A stretch of 64,000 bases of DNA from an uncultured Bifidobacteriaceae bacterium (GTDB lineage: Bacteria; Verrucomicrobiota; Verrucomicrobiia; Limisphaerales; UBA11358), in NCBI GenBank assembly GCA_964536285.1, contig CAZHXG010000006.1:2303-66302 (forward strand), written 5' to 3'. Shown one piece after another: positions 18,643 through 28,932 of the stretch. The notes under the pieces are model-generated. The model ran no database searches, was not told the DNA's origin, and saw nothing but the letters and a program-made list of their open reading frames with translations. Made by a program: the position numbers and the translations under genes. Position 1 is the stretch's first letter. Every line of letters starts with the position of its first letter.

Positions 18643-19959
18643 GTGAGCCGTCACAATTCAATAATGTTTTTGCTGCGTGCTTGCGTCGCGTCGTTCGTAC
18701 TTTCAAACGCGACGCCGTTGCGCGCTGCCGATACGAATCTGGAGGAGCAGGTTCGTTTGTTGCTCAAGCAAAATGCGATTCTGCAACAGCAGTTACAGAA
18801 GCAAGGAGGCGCACTCGATGCGCTCACGAAAAAAGTTCAGGACTTGGAGACTGCGAATGCCGGGCGCGAAAATGCGGCTTCAGAAAATTCCGCGCCGGCA
18901 ATCGGTGGATACAATTTCGGCAAGGTCAATTTGAGCGGCGAAGGTGGTGTTGCATTTTTTAACACGGGCAAGGAAGGGTTCGCGCCACACTCTGAATTTC
19001 GCGTGGACGAGGCGCGACTTTTTGTCGAAGCGCCGATCTGGAAGGAAGTTTATTTTTATGGCGATGTCGATCTCGCCACGCGCGAGAACACGGACACGAA
19101 ACTTTATCTCGGCGAGTTGTATCTCGATTTTCAGGATGTGTCGCAATTGTGGGGACGTGACAACCAATTCAACATGCGTGCAGGCCGGTTAAATATTCCG
19201 TTCGGCGAGGAATATCTCACGCGCTACGCGATCGACAATCCGCTCATCTCGCACTCGCTGTCGGATTTTTGGGGCATTGATCCGGGTTTGGAGCTTTATG
19301 GTTCGGCGGGGAAATTCAGCTACGTGCTTGCGGTGCAAAATGGCGGCGGTTCCGGTGTGCAGGATTTTGACGGCGACAAATCCGTGGCTGGAAGAATCAG
19401 TTTTGATCCGAACCGCCACTGGCATTTCAGTATGAGCGGAATGCGCACGGGCGATTTGAACGCGCAGAATGATTTTCTTTCGGCGGAATGGTTTGGCACT
19501 GGGTTTTTCCGCTCATTGGGTTCGCCGGGCACAACAACGTTTCACGCAAATCTTGTCGAGGGTGATATGACGGCACGATGGAACAGCGGCCACATTAGCG
19601 CATTCGGCGGCTATGCTCGTTACGGCGACAATGATCCTGTGGCGGACAATGCTCGCGATATTTTTTATTATTCGATTGAGGGAGAGCAAAATTTGCCGCA
19701 TAAATTTTACGCGGCGGCGCGCTTCAGTGAAATCATGGCGGACAAGGGTTTTCCGATCGTCGGTTACGGAAATTTCAATAATTACTTTTTTAATACTCTT
19801 TCGACTGAACTCTGGCGCTTGAGCCTTGGATTCGGTTATCGCTTCAGCGACCGATTGGTGGTCAAAGCCGAATACTCGCTTGAACGAGGCAAGGAATCGG
19901 GCGGTGATTCAAGGAATCACGAGGATTTTTTTGGCACGGAAGCGGCTTTTAAATTCTGA
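18643..19959 (+). CDS. Outer-membrane beta-barrel (porin-like) protein with N-terminal coiled coil
   Basis: 438 aa. Signal peptide (likely ATG at 18664); coiled segment LEEQVRLLLKQNAILQQQLQK; alternating amphipathic strands; C-terminal Phe (GTEAAFKF). Confidence 0.8.
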   Translation: MSRHNSIMFLLRACVASFVLSNATPLRAADTNLEEQVRLLLKQNAILQQQLQKQGGALDALTKKVQDLETANAGRENAASENSAPAIGGYNFGKVNLSGEGGVAFFNTGKEGFAPHSEFRVDEARLFVEAPIWKEVYFYGDVDLATRENTDTKLYLGELYLDFQDVSQLWGRDNQFNMRAGRLNIPFGEEYLTRYAIDNPLISHSLSDFWGIDPGLELYGSAGKFSYVLAVQNGGGSGVQDFDGDKSVAGRISFDPNRHWHFSMSGMRTGDLNAQNDFLSAEWFGTGFFRSLGSPGTTTFHANLVEGDMTARWNSGHISAFGGYARYGDNDPVADNARDIFYYSIEGEQNLPHKFYAAARFSEIMADKGFPIVGYGNFNNYFFNTLSTELWRLSLGFGYRFSDRLVVKAEYSLERGKESGGDSRNHEDFFGTEAAFKF

Positions 19960-19961
19960 CT

Positions 19962-20663
19962 TTGAACATGAAAACTCTGTTATCGGCGGCCATTATCGTT
20001 TTGGAGTACGGCGTTGTTTCTGCGGGAACAATCGTTGGCAATGTGCATGCCGAAGGAAAGGCCGGCGCAAACGACGGCACGGCAACCGATGGCGCGTATG
20101 CGAGCAGAAAATATAAATTTGTTGAAAAGGTGGATTACCCGGCGATGCATGACTTCGTTGTCTATGTCGAAGGTTCCTTTGGCACGAACAACGTGCCAGC
20201 AACGAACACAGTGGAAGTTTCGACGATAAAGGTTGCGCAGAGGGAAGCGATTTTTTCTCCACACGTCCTGCCGGTGATGGTCGGTACGACTGTCGAATGG
20301 CCGAATTACGATGACATTTACCATAATGTCTTTTCGATGTCCGATGCGAAGCAGTTTGATCTTGGACTTTACAAAGGAAGCCCGCCGGACAAGCGAGTGA
20401 CATTCGACAAGCTGGGCCGCGTGGACGTTTTTTGCTCAATCCATACTTCCATGAGCTGCATCGTGCTGGTGCTGGAGAATCCTTACTTCGCGTCCACGGA
20501 TGAAAATGGAAACTATAAAATTCCCAATGTGCCACCCGGCAAATACAAGTTGAAGGCGTGGCACGAAAGGCTGCCCGCCGACGAACGCGAAATCACCGTG
20601 TCGACAAACGGCGAGGTCAGGGTTGACTTTGTGCTCGGTATAAAAAATTTGCCGCAATACTGA
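19962..20663 (+). CDS. Periplasmic cupredoxin-like protein with carboxypeptidase-regulatory-like beta-sandwich
   Basis: Signal peptide; VGTTVEWPNYDDIYHNVFS and VDVFCSIHTSM; C-terminal GNYKIPNVPPGKYKLKAWHE. Confidence 0.8.
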   Translation: MNMKTLLSAAIIVLEYGVVSAGTIVGNVHAEGKAGANDGTATDGAYASRKYKFVEKVDYPAMHDFVVYVEGSFGTNNVPATNTVEVSTIKVAQREAIFSPHVLPVMVGTTVEWPNYDDIYHNVFSMSDAKQFDLGLYKGSPPDKRVTFDKLGRVDVFCSIHTSMSCIVLVLENPYFASTDENGNYKIPNVPPGKYKLKAWHERLPADEREITVSTNGEVRVDFVLGIKNLPQY

Positions 20664-20670
20664 TCTAATT

Positions 20671-22926
20671 GTGAGACTCCCACGCATTTTGTTCGACATA
20701 AGCTTTCGCACGAAAGTTCTCGTGCCAGTCGTTGTTTGCATGACAGGGCTCATGGCATTGACTTTTTTTATCGTCAACCAGCGCATCAAGGAACAATCCG
20801 AGGCTGATGGCAAACGTGCGTTGGAAACAGCAGAGGCGGTGTTCCGCAATTCACAATACGTCCGCACAAAAAATTTACTGCTCCGGTTTCACAATCTGCC
20901 CAACGACACGCGCATCCGCGCAGCGTTCGTCAAAGGGGACGCCCTGACCTTGCGTGATCCGCTTCAACATCTTGTCAACGAGCAGGGCATGGACGTGGTT
21001 TTTTATGCGACGACCGATGGGAAAATTTTGGATAGCGAGGAAAGTGATCCGACATTTCCGGTTTCAACATTTGAGTCGGCGGCGCTCCCCGCGGTCAAAC
21101 AGGCTTTGCGAGGCGAGGACAAGGTTGACACGATTCGCGTGGGCGAAAAAATTTATGATGTTGTATCTATCCGCGTTTACGACGCGGAACACGTCCAGAT
21201 TGGAGTGTTGACCCTTGGTTCCGAACTTGGCGATGCGGTGGCGCAGGAATTTAGCAGGATCACGCAAAGTCAGATTGCTTTGCTTGCCGACGGACAGGTT
21301 GTTGTCTCTACGCTGACCGGTTCGGATGCGAGAGCGCAATTTATCAGCGCGTTCAAGGAGGCAACGTCGACTGGCAATGTAAATCTGAATACCGATGTGA
21401 AGCCATTCGTTCTGGGCGGACAACATTATTATGGCATCACCGGACGGTTTGACTCATTGAGCGGCGACCAGACGCTGGGTTATGTGCTGTTAAGTTCCTA
21501 CGAAGAATCTTTGAGTTCGTTGCGGACAGCGCAACAGGTTCTTTTGAGCATCAGCCTTTGTGCGATTTTGTTTGGTTCAGCGGTGGTGTGGTTTTTGGTC
21601 AACAAAGTTACAAAACCGTTGCGCGAGTTGCGCGATAGCGCCGAGGCGGTGGGTCGCGGCGACTTCACGCGCCGGGTTCCGGTGCACTGGCACGACGAAT
21701 GTGGTGAACTGGCACTGGCCTTTAACCGGATGACAGAAAATGTCCAGCAATCGCGCGCGGAACTGGAGGAAACGGTTGAGACGCTCAAGAGCACGCAGGC
21801 ACAGTTGATCCAAAGCGAAAAGCTTTCCGGCATCGGCGAGTTTGTCGCCGGTGTGACTCACGAATTGAACAACCCACTGGCTGCGGTCAGCGGTTTTTCC
21901 GAAATGCTCAAAGGCATGGATGTGGATGAGAAATACCGGCGCTATCTGGACATGATTCATAAATCGGCGCAACGTTGCCAGAAAATCGTCCAATCGCTAT
22001 TGAGTTTTGCGCGAAGACATCCGCCCGAACGTGGGGCGGTGTCGGTGAATAGTCTTATCGAGAGCGCGCTTGAAATCGTCCATTATCAACTTCGCACCAA
22101 CAACATCGAAGTTGTCACCCGGTTTGACCGAAGTCTGCCGGTCGTGCTGGCCGATTCGCATCAGTTGCAGCAAGTGTTTCTCAACATCATCAACAACGGG
22201 CGTCAAGCCATCGAAGAGCATCAGGCGCATGGAGTCATCAAGATTATTACCGAAGCGACCGAAAAACATGTCCGCGTTATCATTCACGACAATGGCCCCG
22301 GCATTCCTGAAGAAAATTTGCGACGCATCTTCGATCCGTTTTTCACCACCAAGGAAGTCGGCAAAGGCACCGGACTCGGTTTGAGTTTGTGTTACGGCAT
22401 CATCAAGGAACATGGCGGCACGATCACGCCTGTGAGCCGTCGAGGCGAAGGCGCGACATTCATCATCGAACTGCCTGTCTCGCATATTTCAGGTGACACA
22501 ACCAAGCTGTTGCGTTCGCACGACGTTGGAGTTTTAAATTCAAACGAAGGCGTCGGCAAAAAAATTCTCGTGATCGACGACGAGGAACCTATTTTGAGCA
22601 TGATTCACGAAGGATTAACCCGTCACGGATACGAAGTGGATGTGGTATCCGATGGTGAAACCGCTTTGCGCCGCCTTAAGCAAGGTCGCTGTGACTTGGT
22701 GTTCTGTGACTGGAAAATGCCCGGGCTCAATGGCCGGGAAGTTTACGAAAACCTCCGGGTGACGAATCCCGATCTTTGCCAGCGAGTCGTCTTCATTACC
22801 GGCGATGTCATCAACGAGCAAATGGAGAGATTTCTCGAAGGGGAAAAGCGACTTTGCCTGGCCAAACCCTTCACGTTTGACGAACTTCGCGGCGCAATAA
22901 GAAACGTACTCGCCGCTGCCGCGTAA
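20671..22926 (+). CDS. Membrane hybrid sensor histidine kinase (periplasmic sensor, HAMP, HisKA, HATPase, REC)
   Basis: Two TMs; HAMP ([18 protein letters not shown]...[13 protein letters not shown]); H-box THELNNPL; [29 protein letters not shown]; REC with VIDDE, DWKMPG, AKPF. Confidence 0.95.
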   Translation: MRLPRILFDISFRTKVLVPVVVCMTGLMALTFFIVNQRIKEQSEADGKRALETAEAVFRNSQYVRTKNLLLRFHNLPNDTRIRAAFVKGDALTLRDPLQHLVNEQGMDVVFYATTDGKILDSEESDPTFPVSTFESAALPAVKQALRGEDKVDTIRVGEKIYDVVSIRVYDAEHVQIGVLTLGSELGDAVAQEFSRITQSQIALLADGQVVVSTLTGSDARAQFISAFKEATSTGNVNLNTDVKPFVLGGQHYYGITGRFDSLSGDQTLGYVLLSSYEESLSSLRTAQQVLLSISLCAILFGSAVVWFLVNKVTKPLRELRDSAEAVGRGDFTRRVPVHWHDECGELALAFNRMTENVQQSRAELEETVETLKSTQAQLIQSEKLSGIGEFVAGVTHELNNPLAAVSGFSEMLKGMDVDEKYRRYLDMIHKSAQRCQKIVQSLLSFARRHPPERGAVSVNSLIESALEIVHYQLRTNNIEVVTRFDRSLPVVLADSHQLQQVFLNIINNGRQAIEEHQAHGVIKIITEATEKHVRVIIHDNGPGIPEENLRRIFDPFFTTKEVGKGTGLGLSLCYGIIKEHGGTITPVSRRGEGATFIIELPVSHISGDTTKLLRSHDVGVLNSNEGVGKKILVIDDEEPILSMIHEGLTRHGYEVDVVSDGETALRRLKQGRCDLVFCDWKMPGLNGREVYENLRVTNPDLCQRVVFITGDVINEQMERFLEGEKRLCLAKPFTFDELRGAIRNVLAAAA

Positions 22927-22980
22927 AATTTTTCACGGCGCGCTTTACTTTTTGCGTTGTTTGCGTTTTGCTTCAGACCC

Positions 22981-24243
22981 ATGAACAAGCTCAAATTTTT
23001 CTTGGCGCAACTTTTTTACTTCCTGATTTTTTCCGGTATCGTGTCCGCGCAACCGCTTCCGAAAATCGAACTCAAACCGGCCTTTCCCAATTTGCAGATC
23101 GACCGTCCGGTCTGGATGAGCGAAGCGCCGGACGGTTCGGGACGGCTTTTCGTCATCGGACAGGCCGGAAAAATCCTCATCGTGAAAAAAAGTTCGGACG
23201 GCGGCGACGCGAAGGAGTTTTTGAACATCGAGGATCGTTACCCGTATTTTGACAACGAAGACGGCCTGATGAGCATCGCGTTTCATCCCGGCTTCAAAAC
23301 GAACGGCCTGTTCTACATCTATTACAACCAGAAAAATCCGGCGGATCAACATTCGCAGCCGCAAAATTATCCGTTCCGCAGCGTCATCAGCGAAATGAAA
23401 GTTTCCGCAAGCGATCCGGACAAGGCCGACACGAATTCCGAGCGAATTCTTTTGGAAGTGCAGCAACCGTTCGGCAATCACAAAGGCGGCGAACTGGCTT
23501 TTGGCCCCGACGGTTATCTTTATCTCGGACTCGGCGACGGCGGAAACGGCGGTGATCCGTTCGGCAGTGGCCAAAGCACTTCCACTTTGCTCGCAAAAAT
23601 GCTGCGCATTGACGTAAATTCGCGCGCGACCGTTGGCTGGGGTGCGCGTCAGCATCAATTGCAATACGGAATTCCGTCAGACAACCCGTTCGTGCACGAG
23701 CCGGACATCAACAGCGGCGCGCGCAAGGAAATTTTCGCCTACGGCCTGCGTAATCCGTGGCGTTATAGCTTCGACCGCAAGACCGGCGACCTGTGGGTCG
23801 GCGATGTCGGTCAGGATTTCTGGGAGGAAGTTGACCTCGTCACCAACGGCGGCGACTACGGCTGGAGCGTCCGCGAAGGCGCGCATCATTTCAAACCCGG
23901 CCCGCCCAGCGCGCAATACATTGACCCTGTCATCGAATATCCGCACCTGCCGTCTCTTCAATCGCAGGCGATGTTTCCCGACCACAGCACAGGCCTGTGC
24001 GTGATAGGCGGTTACGTTTATCGCGGCAAAAAATATCCGTCGCTCGACGGCGTTTACATTTACGGCGACTACAACTTGGGAACGATTTGGGGATTCCGTT
24101 ACGCCCGCGACGCGAAAAAAGTCACCGCGCACGGCATGCTGCTGGACCAAAAGAAAAACATCACCAGCTTCGCGGAAGATGCGGATGGTGAACTTTACGT
24201 CCTTATGATTGACGGACAGATTTATTCGATCACCGCGCCGTGA
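22981..24243 (+). CDS. PQQ-dependent aldose sugar dehydrogenase (GSDH/YliI family)
   Basis: NHKGGELAFGPDGYLYLGLGDGG, AYGLRNPWRYSFD, DVGQDFWEE. Start set at MNKLKFF (ORF track: 22957). Confidence 0.88.
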   Translation: MNKLKFFLAQLFYFLIFSGIVSAQPLPKIELKPAFPNLQIDRPVWMSEAPDGSGRLFVIGQAGKILIVKKSSDGGDAKEFLNIEDRYPYFDNEDGLMSIAFHPGFKTNGLFYIYYNQKNPADQHSQPQNYPFRSVISEMKVSASDPDKADTNSERILLEVQQPFGNHKGGELAFGPDGYLYLGLGDGGNGGDPFGSGQSTSTLLAKMLRIDVNSRATVGWGARQHQLQYGIPSDNPFVHEPDINSGARKEIFAYGLRNPWRYSFDRKTGDLWVGDVGQDFWEEVDLVTNGGDYGWSVREGAHHFKPGPPSAQYIDPVIEYPHLPSLQSQAMFPDHSTGLCVIGGYVYRGKKYPSLDGVYIYGDYNLGTIWGFRYARDAKKVTAHGMLLDQKKNITSFAEDADGELYVLMIDGQIYSITAP

Positions 24244-24249
24244 CGAAAT

Positions 24250-25182
24250 TCAAATCTGAAAATCCAGCGCCGTTTTTTTGTCCGACTTGCTCAACACGCG
24301 CATGTCGAGGCCGTCGTAAATGACCAGCGAATTCGGCGCGACGCTGTCCATGATGAACACGTTGCCGCCGATCGTGCTGCCCGCGCCGATGATCGTCTCG
24401 CCGCCGAGAATCGTCGCGCCCGGATAAATCGTCACGCGGTCCTCGATCGTCGGATGCCGCTTCTTGCCGCGCAATTGCTGGCCGCCCGCCGTGGACTTCG
24501 CGCCCAGCGTCACGCCGTGATACATCTTCACATGATTGCCGATGACGGCCGTCTCGCCGACGACCGTGCCGGTGCAATGATCCACGAAAAAATGTGAGCC
24601 GATTTTCGCGCCCGGATGGATTTCCATTCCCGACCGGAAATGCGCCCACTCGACCATGATGCGCGGAATCAGCGGAACATTTTTCAGATACAATTCATGT
24701 GCCAGCCGCTGCACCGCGATCGCCTCGATAAACGGATACGAAACCAGAACCTCTTCCTTGCTCGCCGCCGCCGGGTCGCCGTCGAACGCGGCTTCCACGT
24801 CCGTTTTTAAAATCTCGCGGATGTCCGGCAATTTGCCGAGGAATTCTACCGTCAGTTTGTGCGCCGCCTTGGTGATTTCCTTTTTTGGCAAATCCTTGGG
24901 CGTCTGGTATTCGAGGCTCTTGCGGATTTCATCCTCCAATTTTCCAAGAACCGAATCCAGCAACGCCGCCGTTTCCATTTTGATTTCCGACGAGTGGATC
25001 AATTTCTCGTCAAAAAATCCGGGGAACAGCAGCCGCAACAAATCCATCGTGATGGCCGTGACGACGCGTTTGGACGGCAGGTTTTTCCCGTCCAGATGGT
25101 TGATGCCGCCGACGCGCGCATACGACGCGACAAGCTCGTTCGTGAGTTTGGTGACGTTTTCCACGACGCCAGTATCCTGCAA
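24250..25182 (-). CDS. cysE: Serine O-acetyltransferase
   Basis: FDGDPAA...YP, EIHPGAKIG...DHCTGTVVGETA, GVTLGA, KRHPTIED hexapeptide region. Confidence 0.9.
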   Translation of the reverse strand: MQDTGVVENVTKLTNELVASYARVGGINHLDGKNLPSKRVVTAITMDLLRLLFPGFFDEKLIHSSEIKMETAALLDSVLGKLEDEIRKSLEYQTPKDLPKKEITKAAHKLTVEFLGKLPDIREILKTDVEAAFDGDPAAASKEEVLVSYPFIEAIAVQRLAHELYLKNVPLIPRIMVEWAHFRSGMEIHPGAKIGSHFFVDHCTGTVVGETAVIGNHVKMYHGVTLGAKSTAGGQQLRGKKRHPTIEDRVTIYPGATILGGETIIGAGSTIGGNVFIMDSVAPNSLVIYDGLDMRVLSKSDKKTALDFQI

Positions 25183-25216
25183 AAAATCCTAAACGCAAGC
25201 GCGGCTAAAGCCGGTT

Positions 25217-26323
25217 TTAGATCATTCGCGAAATGGTATTAACGACGCGTTCAACGCCGATGCCCTTCATGCAGCGAAAATCAATCGGACACTCGCGCAA
25301 AAAACACGGCGAACACGGCGCATCGGATTGCAAAATGGGATGACGAAATTCACCCGAAGAAATTGGTCCGGTCAAATCTGACGACGTGCTACCGAATAGT
25401 GCGGCAACTGGAGTTCCAAGGGCGGCGGCGACGTGCATCGGGCCGGTGTCGTTTGTCAAAAGCACTCGGCAAAGTTTCAGCAATGACATGAGTTCGCGCA
25501 AAGAAGTTTGACCAATCAAATTTTTAATTTTTAATTTTGAATTTTTAGTTTCAGATTCAAATCGTGTGCCGATTTGAACATCGCCTTTTCCGCCGAACAA
25601 AATCCAAACACAATTCGTTCGCCGCTGGATTTCTTTTGCAGCGGCGATGAACCGTTCGGCTGGCCAGCGTTTGGCCGGGCCGTATTCCGCGCCGGGATTC
25701 AAACCGAAAATTGGATTTGAGATTTTCTCCAATCCGAATTTTTTCTTTGTCGATTCAATCTCTTCCGGCGCAACTAACAATTGCGGCGGCAGCGGTTTTG
25801 GATTTGCACCGAGCGCGGCAGTCAAATTGAGATATTCAAAAATCTGGTGCGCGGATTGTGGAATTTCTGGATTCAGGATTCTGGATTCAGGATTCTGCGA
25901 AATGAGCTGCCGGATTTCAGATTCGGAACGTTTCCGCATTTTCACTGCGTCCGCGCGCTGCGCGACAGTTTGCGTCAGAAAAAAATTCCGCCACGGGCGC
26001 GTATAGCCGATGCGCTTCGGAATTCCGGCCAGAAAAACTTCCAGCGCCGAGCGCGGCGAATTCGGCAGCACAAGCGCAAGATCAAAATTTTTCGCGCGCA
26101 GTTTTTTTGCGACTGCAAAAACATTTTCACCTGACGGGAACGGAATCGTTTCATTCACCGCCGGATGATTTGTCCAAAGCTCGCGCAATTTTTCCGGCGT
26201 GAGCAACCCGATGTGCGCGTTCGGAAATTTTTCGCGCAGGCGCATGAGCGCGGGCGTCGTCATCACGGCGTCGCCGAGCCAGTTGACGCCGCGAATCAGA
26301 ATTTTTTCAGGCTTCGGGTTCAC
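25217..26323 (-). CDS. waaF: LPS heptosyltransferase II (GT9)
   Basis: NWLGDAVMTTP, LNPGAEYGPAKRWP, NDTGPMHVAAALGTP...LFGST. Carries two repeat-derived insertions. Confidence 0.92.
   Translation of the reverse strand: MNPKPEKILIRGVNWLGDAVMTTPALMRLREKFPNAHIGLLTPEKLRELWTNHPAVNETIPFPSGENVFAVAKKLRAKNFDLALVLPNSPRSALEVFLAGIPKRIGYTRPWRNFFLTQTVAQRADAVKMRKRSESEIRQLISQNPESRILNPEIPQSAHQIFEYLNLTAALGANPKPLPPQLLVAPEEIESTKKKFGLEKISNPIFGLNPGAEYGPAKRWPAERFIAAAKEIQRRTNCVWILFGGKGDVQIGTRFESETKNSKLKIKNLIGQTSLRELMSLLKLCRVLLTNDTGPMHVAAALGTPVAALFGSTSSDLTGPISSGEFRHPILQSDAPCSPCFLRECPIDFRCMKGIGVERVVNTISRMI
25517..25551. repeat. AT-rich tandem heptamer tract inside waaF
   Basis: Minus strand AAACTAA AAATTCA AAATTAA AAATTAA AAATTTG, encoding TKNSKLKIKNL. 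Confidence 0.75.
25865..25897. repeat. Tandem heptamer tract (14-bp period) inside waaF
   Basis: Minus strand CAGAATC CTGAATC CAGAATC CTGAATC CAGAA, encoding QNPESRILNPE. Confidence 0.8.
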
Positions 26324-27221
26324 TCGCTGTTTCCTGTCGGTTGATTTTCACCTTTGTTTCCAATGGTTTCCAGCGTTTGTGGACCCAGAACCAGTTGGCC
26401 GGGTCGCGGCGGACATAATTCTCTTGAATGCGAAGCACGTCGCGCATGATGTTTTCGACCGGTCGCGGCTGTCCGGTTTCATCGTGAGTCGGAATTTTTT
26501 CTCCGAGTTCAAGCCGCCATTTCGCAAGCCCGACGCGAAAGCAGGCGCCGGCATAAAGTTCGCAATCGTAGCGCAGCGCAAAAATCGCCGGTGACGGATT
26601 CGTCGAGCAATCGTGGCCGAGAAACGGCAGGTGCAAACCTTTCGCGCCGCCGTGCTGGTCAATCTGCAAACTGACGGCGCACGCGGGCTGCTGCATGAAG
26701 GCGCGCAGTTTCGCACCTTCGGTTCGCCGCTCGAAAAGAAGGCAGCCGGAGCGTTCGCGCAGCATCTGCATGATGCGATTGAGCGCGGGACTGTTCAGCG
26801 CGCGATAAGTCGCGGCGCATTGATACATCGGCGCGAGGTCCTTGAACCGCGAATACAATTCAAAATTGCCGAAGTGTCCGCCGGCGTTGACGATCCGTCG
26901 CGGCGGCAGCAGGCGTTCGGCGCCGATGTATTCAGTGTGCGGCCTCAACTGTTCAAAACTCATCGCGGAAGTCTTGACGGCGCAGCAATACGTTTCGCCG
27001 ATGCGCCGGTAATTTTCCTTTGCTATGGCGCGGATTTCCTCCGGCGATTTTTCTTTTCCAAAACACATCGTCAGATTTTCCAGCGCGACGCGCCGGTGCC
27101 GGCCATCAATCCAAAACGCCAGAGCGCCGCCCGCGCGGCCGATGCGCGCGACCCACGTCAACGGCAGCGATTGGAGCAGCGCGATGACGCCGCGCGCGAA
27201 AATGTAGAGAAGGTCATCCAT
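26307..27221 (-). CDS. lpxL: Lipid A late acyltransferase (LpxL/HtrB family)
   Basis: GHFGNFE (Hx4E), QIDQH, ANWFWVHKRWK. Start at MDDLLY; the ORF-track upstream extension overlaps lpxK. Confidence 0.88.
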   Translation of the reverse strand: MDDLLYIFARGVIALLQSLPLTWVARIGRAGGALAFWIDGRHRRVALENLTMCFGKEKSPEEIRAIAKENYRRIGETYCCAVKTSAMSFEQLRPHTEYIGAERLLPPRRIVNAGGHFGNFELYSRFKDLAPMYQCAATYRALNSPALNRIMQMLRERSGCLLFERRTEGAKLRAFMQQPACAVSLQIDQHGGAKGLHLPFLGHDCSTNPSPAIFALRYDCELYAGACFRVGLAKWRLELGEKIPTHDETGQPRPVENIMRDVLRIQENYVRRDPANWFWVHKRWKPLETKVKINRQETASEPEA

Positions 27222-27228
27222 TCCAATT

Positions 27229-28401
27229 TCAACGGAAACAGATTTTGCGGACGCAGTCCTGAAAGTCATTCGCGCCGCTGACGATTTTGATTTCGACGCG
27301 CATGAAAAAGATCTGCAAATCGCGCCGGTCGATTTTTGGAAACCGCACGGCGTCCTTTTGCGTGGTGATGATGACTCCGGCCATCCGTTTTTTTGCGCGG
27401 TTGATGACATTCAAAACTTCCTGCTGGGTGAAGCGGTGATGGTCGGCGAAGCGTTTGGAATAAACTAGTTCACTGCCGAGTTTCACAAGGCTTTGCTCGA
27501 AACTTTCCGGTTGCGCGATGCCGCTCAACGACGCGACTTTTTTCCCGGCAAGAAAATCCAGGGTTTTCCTTTCGCCCGTGAAAACGTCTTCGAGGTAAAG
27601 CGGATGGTGGACGCATTCGATGATCGCCGCGCTGGAATTGAATTTTGAAATCCGTTCGCGAAGTCCGGCGCTCTGGCCGTCGCTTTTCGTGATGAAAATC
27701 GTGTGGGCGCGCGCGAGGTGCGACGGCGGCTCGCGCAACGTGCCGCGCGGAAGCAGATGCTCGTTGCCGAACGGCTGCTGGCGGTCGATCAAAACCACAT
27801 CGTGCCGCCGCCCGCGCAGATGCCAATATTGAAAACCGTCGTCGAGCAGCAATGTGTCGCAGCCGAATTTTTCAATCGCGTAGCGCCCGCTCTTCACGCG
27901 GTCCTTGTCCACAAGCACGACGACATCGCGCAGGTTTGACGCGAGCATGTAAGGCTCGTCGCCCGCCATTTCCGAATCGAGCAAAAGCGATTTGCCATCG
28001 GACACGACGCGCGGCGGATTTTGGTCCTCGCGCAGGAAAATTTTATTGGCGAGCCAGACATGGATCGGCGGCGGTTTGGAACGGTAACCGCGCGAGAGGA
28101 TCGCGACGTTGCGCCCGGCGTCGCGGAGTTCGCGCGCGAATTTTTCCACGACCGGCGTTTTGCCCGTGCCGCCGACGGTCAGGTTTCCAATCGCGATGAC
28201 CTGGACGCCAAGCGTCTTGTCGCGGAGAAGTCGGATGTTGTAAAGCCAGCGGCGCAGCTTGACGGCGACCATGAAAATTTTCGAGCTGCCGAAAAGAAAT
28301 GCACGTGTCACCTTCGCGCGAAAATCGCGGCGTTCCTCGAAGACAACTTCGAGGAAGAAAGTTTCGAGCGTTTCAGCCCATACCCGGAATTTTTCGCGCA
28401 T
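27229..28401 (-). CDS. lpxK: Tetraacyldisaccharide 4'-kinase
   Basis: [51 protein letters not shown]. Confidence 0.96.
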   Translation of the reverse strand: MREKFRVWAETLETFFLEVVFEERRDFRAKVTRAFLFGSSKIFMVAVKLRRWLYNIRLLRDKTLGVQVIAIGNLTVGGTGKTPVVEKFARELRDAGRNVAILSRGYRSKPPPIHVWLANKIFLREDQNPPRVVSDGKSLLLDSEMAGDEPYMLASNLRDVVVLVDKDRVKSGRYAIEKFGCDTLLLDDGFQYWHLRGRRHDVVLIDRQQPFGNEHLLPRGTLREPPSHLARAHTIFITKSDGQSAGLRERISKFNSSAAIIECVHHPLYLEDVFTGERKTLDFLAGKKVASLSGIAQPESFEQSLVKLGSELVYSKRFADHHRFTQQEVLNVINRAKKRMAGVIITTQKDAVRFPKIDRRDLQIFFMRVEIKIVSGANDFQDCVRKICFR

Positions 28402-28442
28402 CGCCCGTCAATGTGCCAAGCGCATGGAGTCGCGGCAAGAAA

Positions 28443-28913
28443 TCAGAAACCGAGTTTTGCGATTTCGGCCTGCAATGCGACTTGGAAATCCTGCACGTCA
28501 GCCGCCGACGGTTTGTAGCCCGCCTGCTTCGGGACGACGCCGAGCCGTCCGGTCTGGTCGAGAATCCAGTCGGCACTTTGTCCGTCGCTGAACGTGACTT
28601 TGCCGCTGACGATCGCGCCGGGCTTGGCGATTTGATCCACGCTCACGGAAACGCCGGAAGCCGGCAGCGTTCCCTCCGGTGCGGGATTTTTTTCAGCGGT
28701 GAGTTTGGCCGGACTTGCGGCGGGCGGCGCGACGACTTTCGGCGGTTCGGGGTCTTTCGGCGTCAATTTCAAATCATCCACAAGGAAGCGGACTTCCATG
28801 TAAGTGAACTTCAATTTGAATTCCGACAGCAGCCGGTTTTGGATTTCTGAAAGTTTTGAGCCTTCGAGAATCCATGCGGTGACGCGCTGACGTTGCTCTT
28901 CGGTCAAATTCAT
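28443..28913 (-). CDS. Hypothetical protein downstream of sufC
   Basis: 156 aa from MNLTEEQ (ORF-track start 28985 overlaps sufC). Helical N-domain, Pro/Ala linker, beta-rich C-domain; codon usage normal for the window. Confidence 0.75.
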   Translation of the reverse strand: MNLTEEQRQRVTAWILEGSKLSEIQNRLLSEFKLKFTYMEVRFLVDDLKLTPKDPEPPKVVAPPAASPAKLTAEKNPAPEGTLPASGVSVSVDQIAKPGAIVSGKVTFSDGQSADWILDQTGRLGVVPKQAGYKPSAADVQDFQVALQAEIAKLGF

Positions 28914-28932
28914 AATTGCCAGAAAGTTTAAC

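Noticed and set aside
22940-22975. TTTGCG(T) short repeats before the sugar dehydrogenase
   Set aside because: Only two or three degenerate units with no inverted arm; compatible with chance.
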